Shown one piece after another: positions 62,294 through 64,000 of a DNA stretch of 64,000 bases. The position numbers and the translations under genes were made by a program. How positions within the stretch are numbered: position 1 is the first letter of the stretch; each line of letters starts with the position of its first letter. The stretch spans positions 2,728,001-2,792,000 of the forward strand of contig JBLDXI010000024.1 in assembly GCA_047495785.1 (NCBI GenBank), in the 5' to 3' direction. The stretch comes from Lepidodermella squamata. Lineage: Eukaryota; Animalia; Gastrotricha. A model generated the notes under the pieces. The model worked only from the letters and a program-made list of their open reading frames with translations. It had not been told where the DNA came from and did no database searches.

Positions 62294-64000
62294 AAGGCTT
62301 TCTTAATAAGTTTATTATTTCGAAATAAAAAGCCATTTGACCGTTGCAAAGTGAAAAGTGTACCTTGGCAAAGTGTTTCATCTTTCGAGATGAGTACTTT
62401 CGAGGCATAGAGAACGAAGTGATCAGAGGTGACACTTGCGGATTCGCAATGGAAACGAATTAATTTCAGTGGTTTTCCATTAAGGAGGGTTTTTTTTAAT
62501 ATTTTTCAACTTTTTAAAATGCTTTAATTTCAACGTTTTTAAGTCATCCTTAGGGAGAACGGGAATGACCCTGGGTTATTGGAAGTACAAGAAATATTAT
62601 CAGATGTCCTTGCTGTGTTTTCCGATTTTTTTGACAGTTGCGAACGTCGTCATAAAAAAGTTATAGCCTCTGGAAAAACCCCATATTTTCTTGCCCCATG
62701 ATCAGTAAGATTAGAGAGCATAGTTCACCGAGCAATTGTGAAATTTCATGTTCTCCAAAACGCGAATTTTTTTCATATTTCTTCAGCTAAAATCCATTCC
62801 TAGCAAAATAAAAAAAAATCAGGCCTTGGTCGGCATTTGCTTTGAAGCTATTAAGAGAGATCCATTTGCTAAATACTTGGCATTTTAAGAAATGATGCAT
62901 CGCTGAAATCGAAATGAAACGGAAGAATATCGCCCTGAATTTACCTGAAGAGACCCTTGGCTTATTCACACATTCGTCGATTTGTATTTTATAGCAATTT
63001 GATATATATCCAAATGATTGTCTTGGTCTCAAATTTGACATCAGTCTTGAAAAAATGATACTTATTTGGAGAAAACTCGGCTCTCGGCTAACTAGCGCAA
63101 ATCAAGCAATCGTCAATATTCGTCGCTTTATTCCCAGAAAGAACAGGGTAGCATCTTGATAAAACTCAATTTTCCAAGCTCGCATTTTTTCAAAATATAG
63201 TGAAGTGATTTTTTAGCCTGATGAACAGGGTGCGATCTCCGATCCCCGAGCTCCCAGGGATGACGAGTCATTTCGGCTAAAAACCGAGAGAAGCGAGAAA
63301 CTTATGGGGATTTTCCACTAAAACACGCCCCAGAACCTTCCACAATTAACAGTGTGATAAATTCTCATTTTGTTGTCTGGCCGGGCCGAGCTGGAAGTCG
63401 CACACTGCTGATGAATCATCAATGACCAAACAGAAATTTTACCCGGAATTTTGATGTTATCGTGTTCAGCGTTCAACAGTAGGCTGAAAGAACCTCATTC
63501 GGCAGTTTGGGACCTCAAGGTGGTCGCTTACCTTGTAGCCCGGTCAGCACTATCCTCCTTTTAGATAATCGATAGAATAGTTAGGCAAAAATTAGTCCTT
63601 TGTTGGAAATCCTCGTAAACATGTTAATTAACACATTGCATATCGCATGTTATTGCTATCGTAAAATAACCCGATACTTGTTGTTATTTTATATATCAAA
63701 CAACAGCGATAGAATAATTATGTACACTTATTGTGCATGCAGAATTACACTATAAATAGTGAAAGTCGTAACAATAAATTCAGCCATTTATGTCACATTT
63801 TGAGTAGACTTGTTGAGCGTAAATAACCGAGTTTCTACAGGTTATGGGCATCTAGTTGCGCTATTTTTTGATCGTTTTTACAAGAAACTCTTCCTCTTTT
63901 TTCATCTTACGCAGATTTTCTGCTGATCTTCTTTTTCCCAATCATCCATTTTTCTAACGCTCGATTTTCACCTTAATTATGACAAGCAGCGTTAGCTATA

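Noticed and set aside
1-64000. Prokaryotic systems such as CRISPR arrays, rRNA or defence islands
   Set aside because: The sequence is spliceosomal-intron-containing animal DNA, and no repeat-spacer array or rRNA-like segment was seen

Overview
Compact, intron-containing invertebrate (metazoan) nuclear DNA with mostly 45-65 bp AT-rich introns. The species cannot be assigned from the sequence alone. Contents from left to right: (1) a tandem array of secreted PAN/C-type-lectin/kringle mosaic genes (two intact, one with two premature stops, one exon-1 relic), interrupted by a 5'-truncated Penelope-like retroelement with inverted pLTRs, hammerhead-ribozyme motifs and a nested Helentron-like mini-element; (2) two tandem ankyrin-like/SOCS-box genes 45 bp apart; (3) a perfect six-pentamer heat-shock element; (4) a long acidic repeat protein fused to a probably inactive carbonyl-reductase-type SDR; (5) two 'mini-polycystin-1' genes lacking both the ectodomain and the channel domain; (6) three tail-less GABA-B-like class C GPCRs; (7) a PLAT-PLAT/beta-trefoil/double-annexin fusion gene; (8) a ClC-6/7-type antiporter with a nested opposite-strand gene; (9) several non-autonomous DNA transposons; (10) a divergent nuclear receptor with a non-canonical P-box; (11) a two-sushi GPI-type pseudogene. 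Gene models were assembled by eye from splice signals and frame continuity, and family assignments come from recalled motifs, not database searches.
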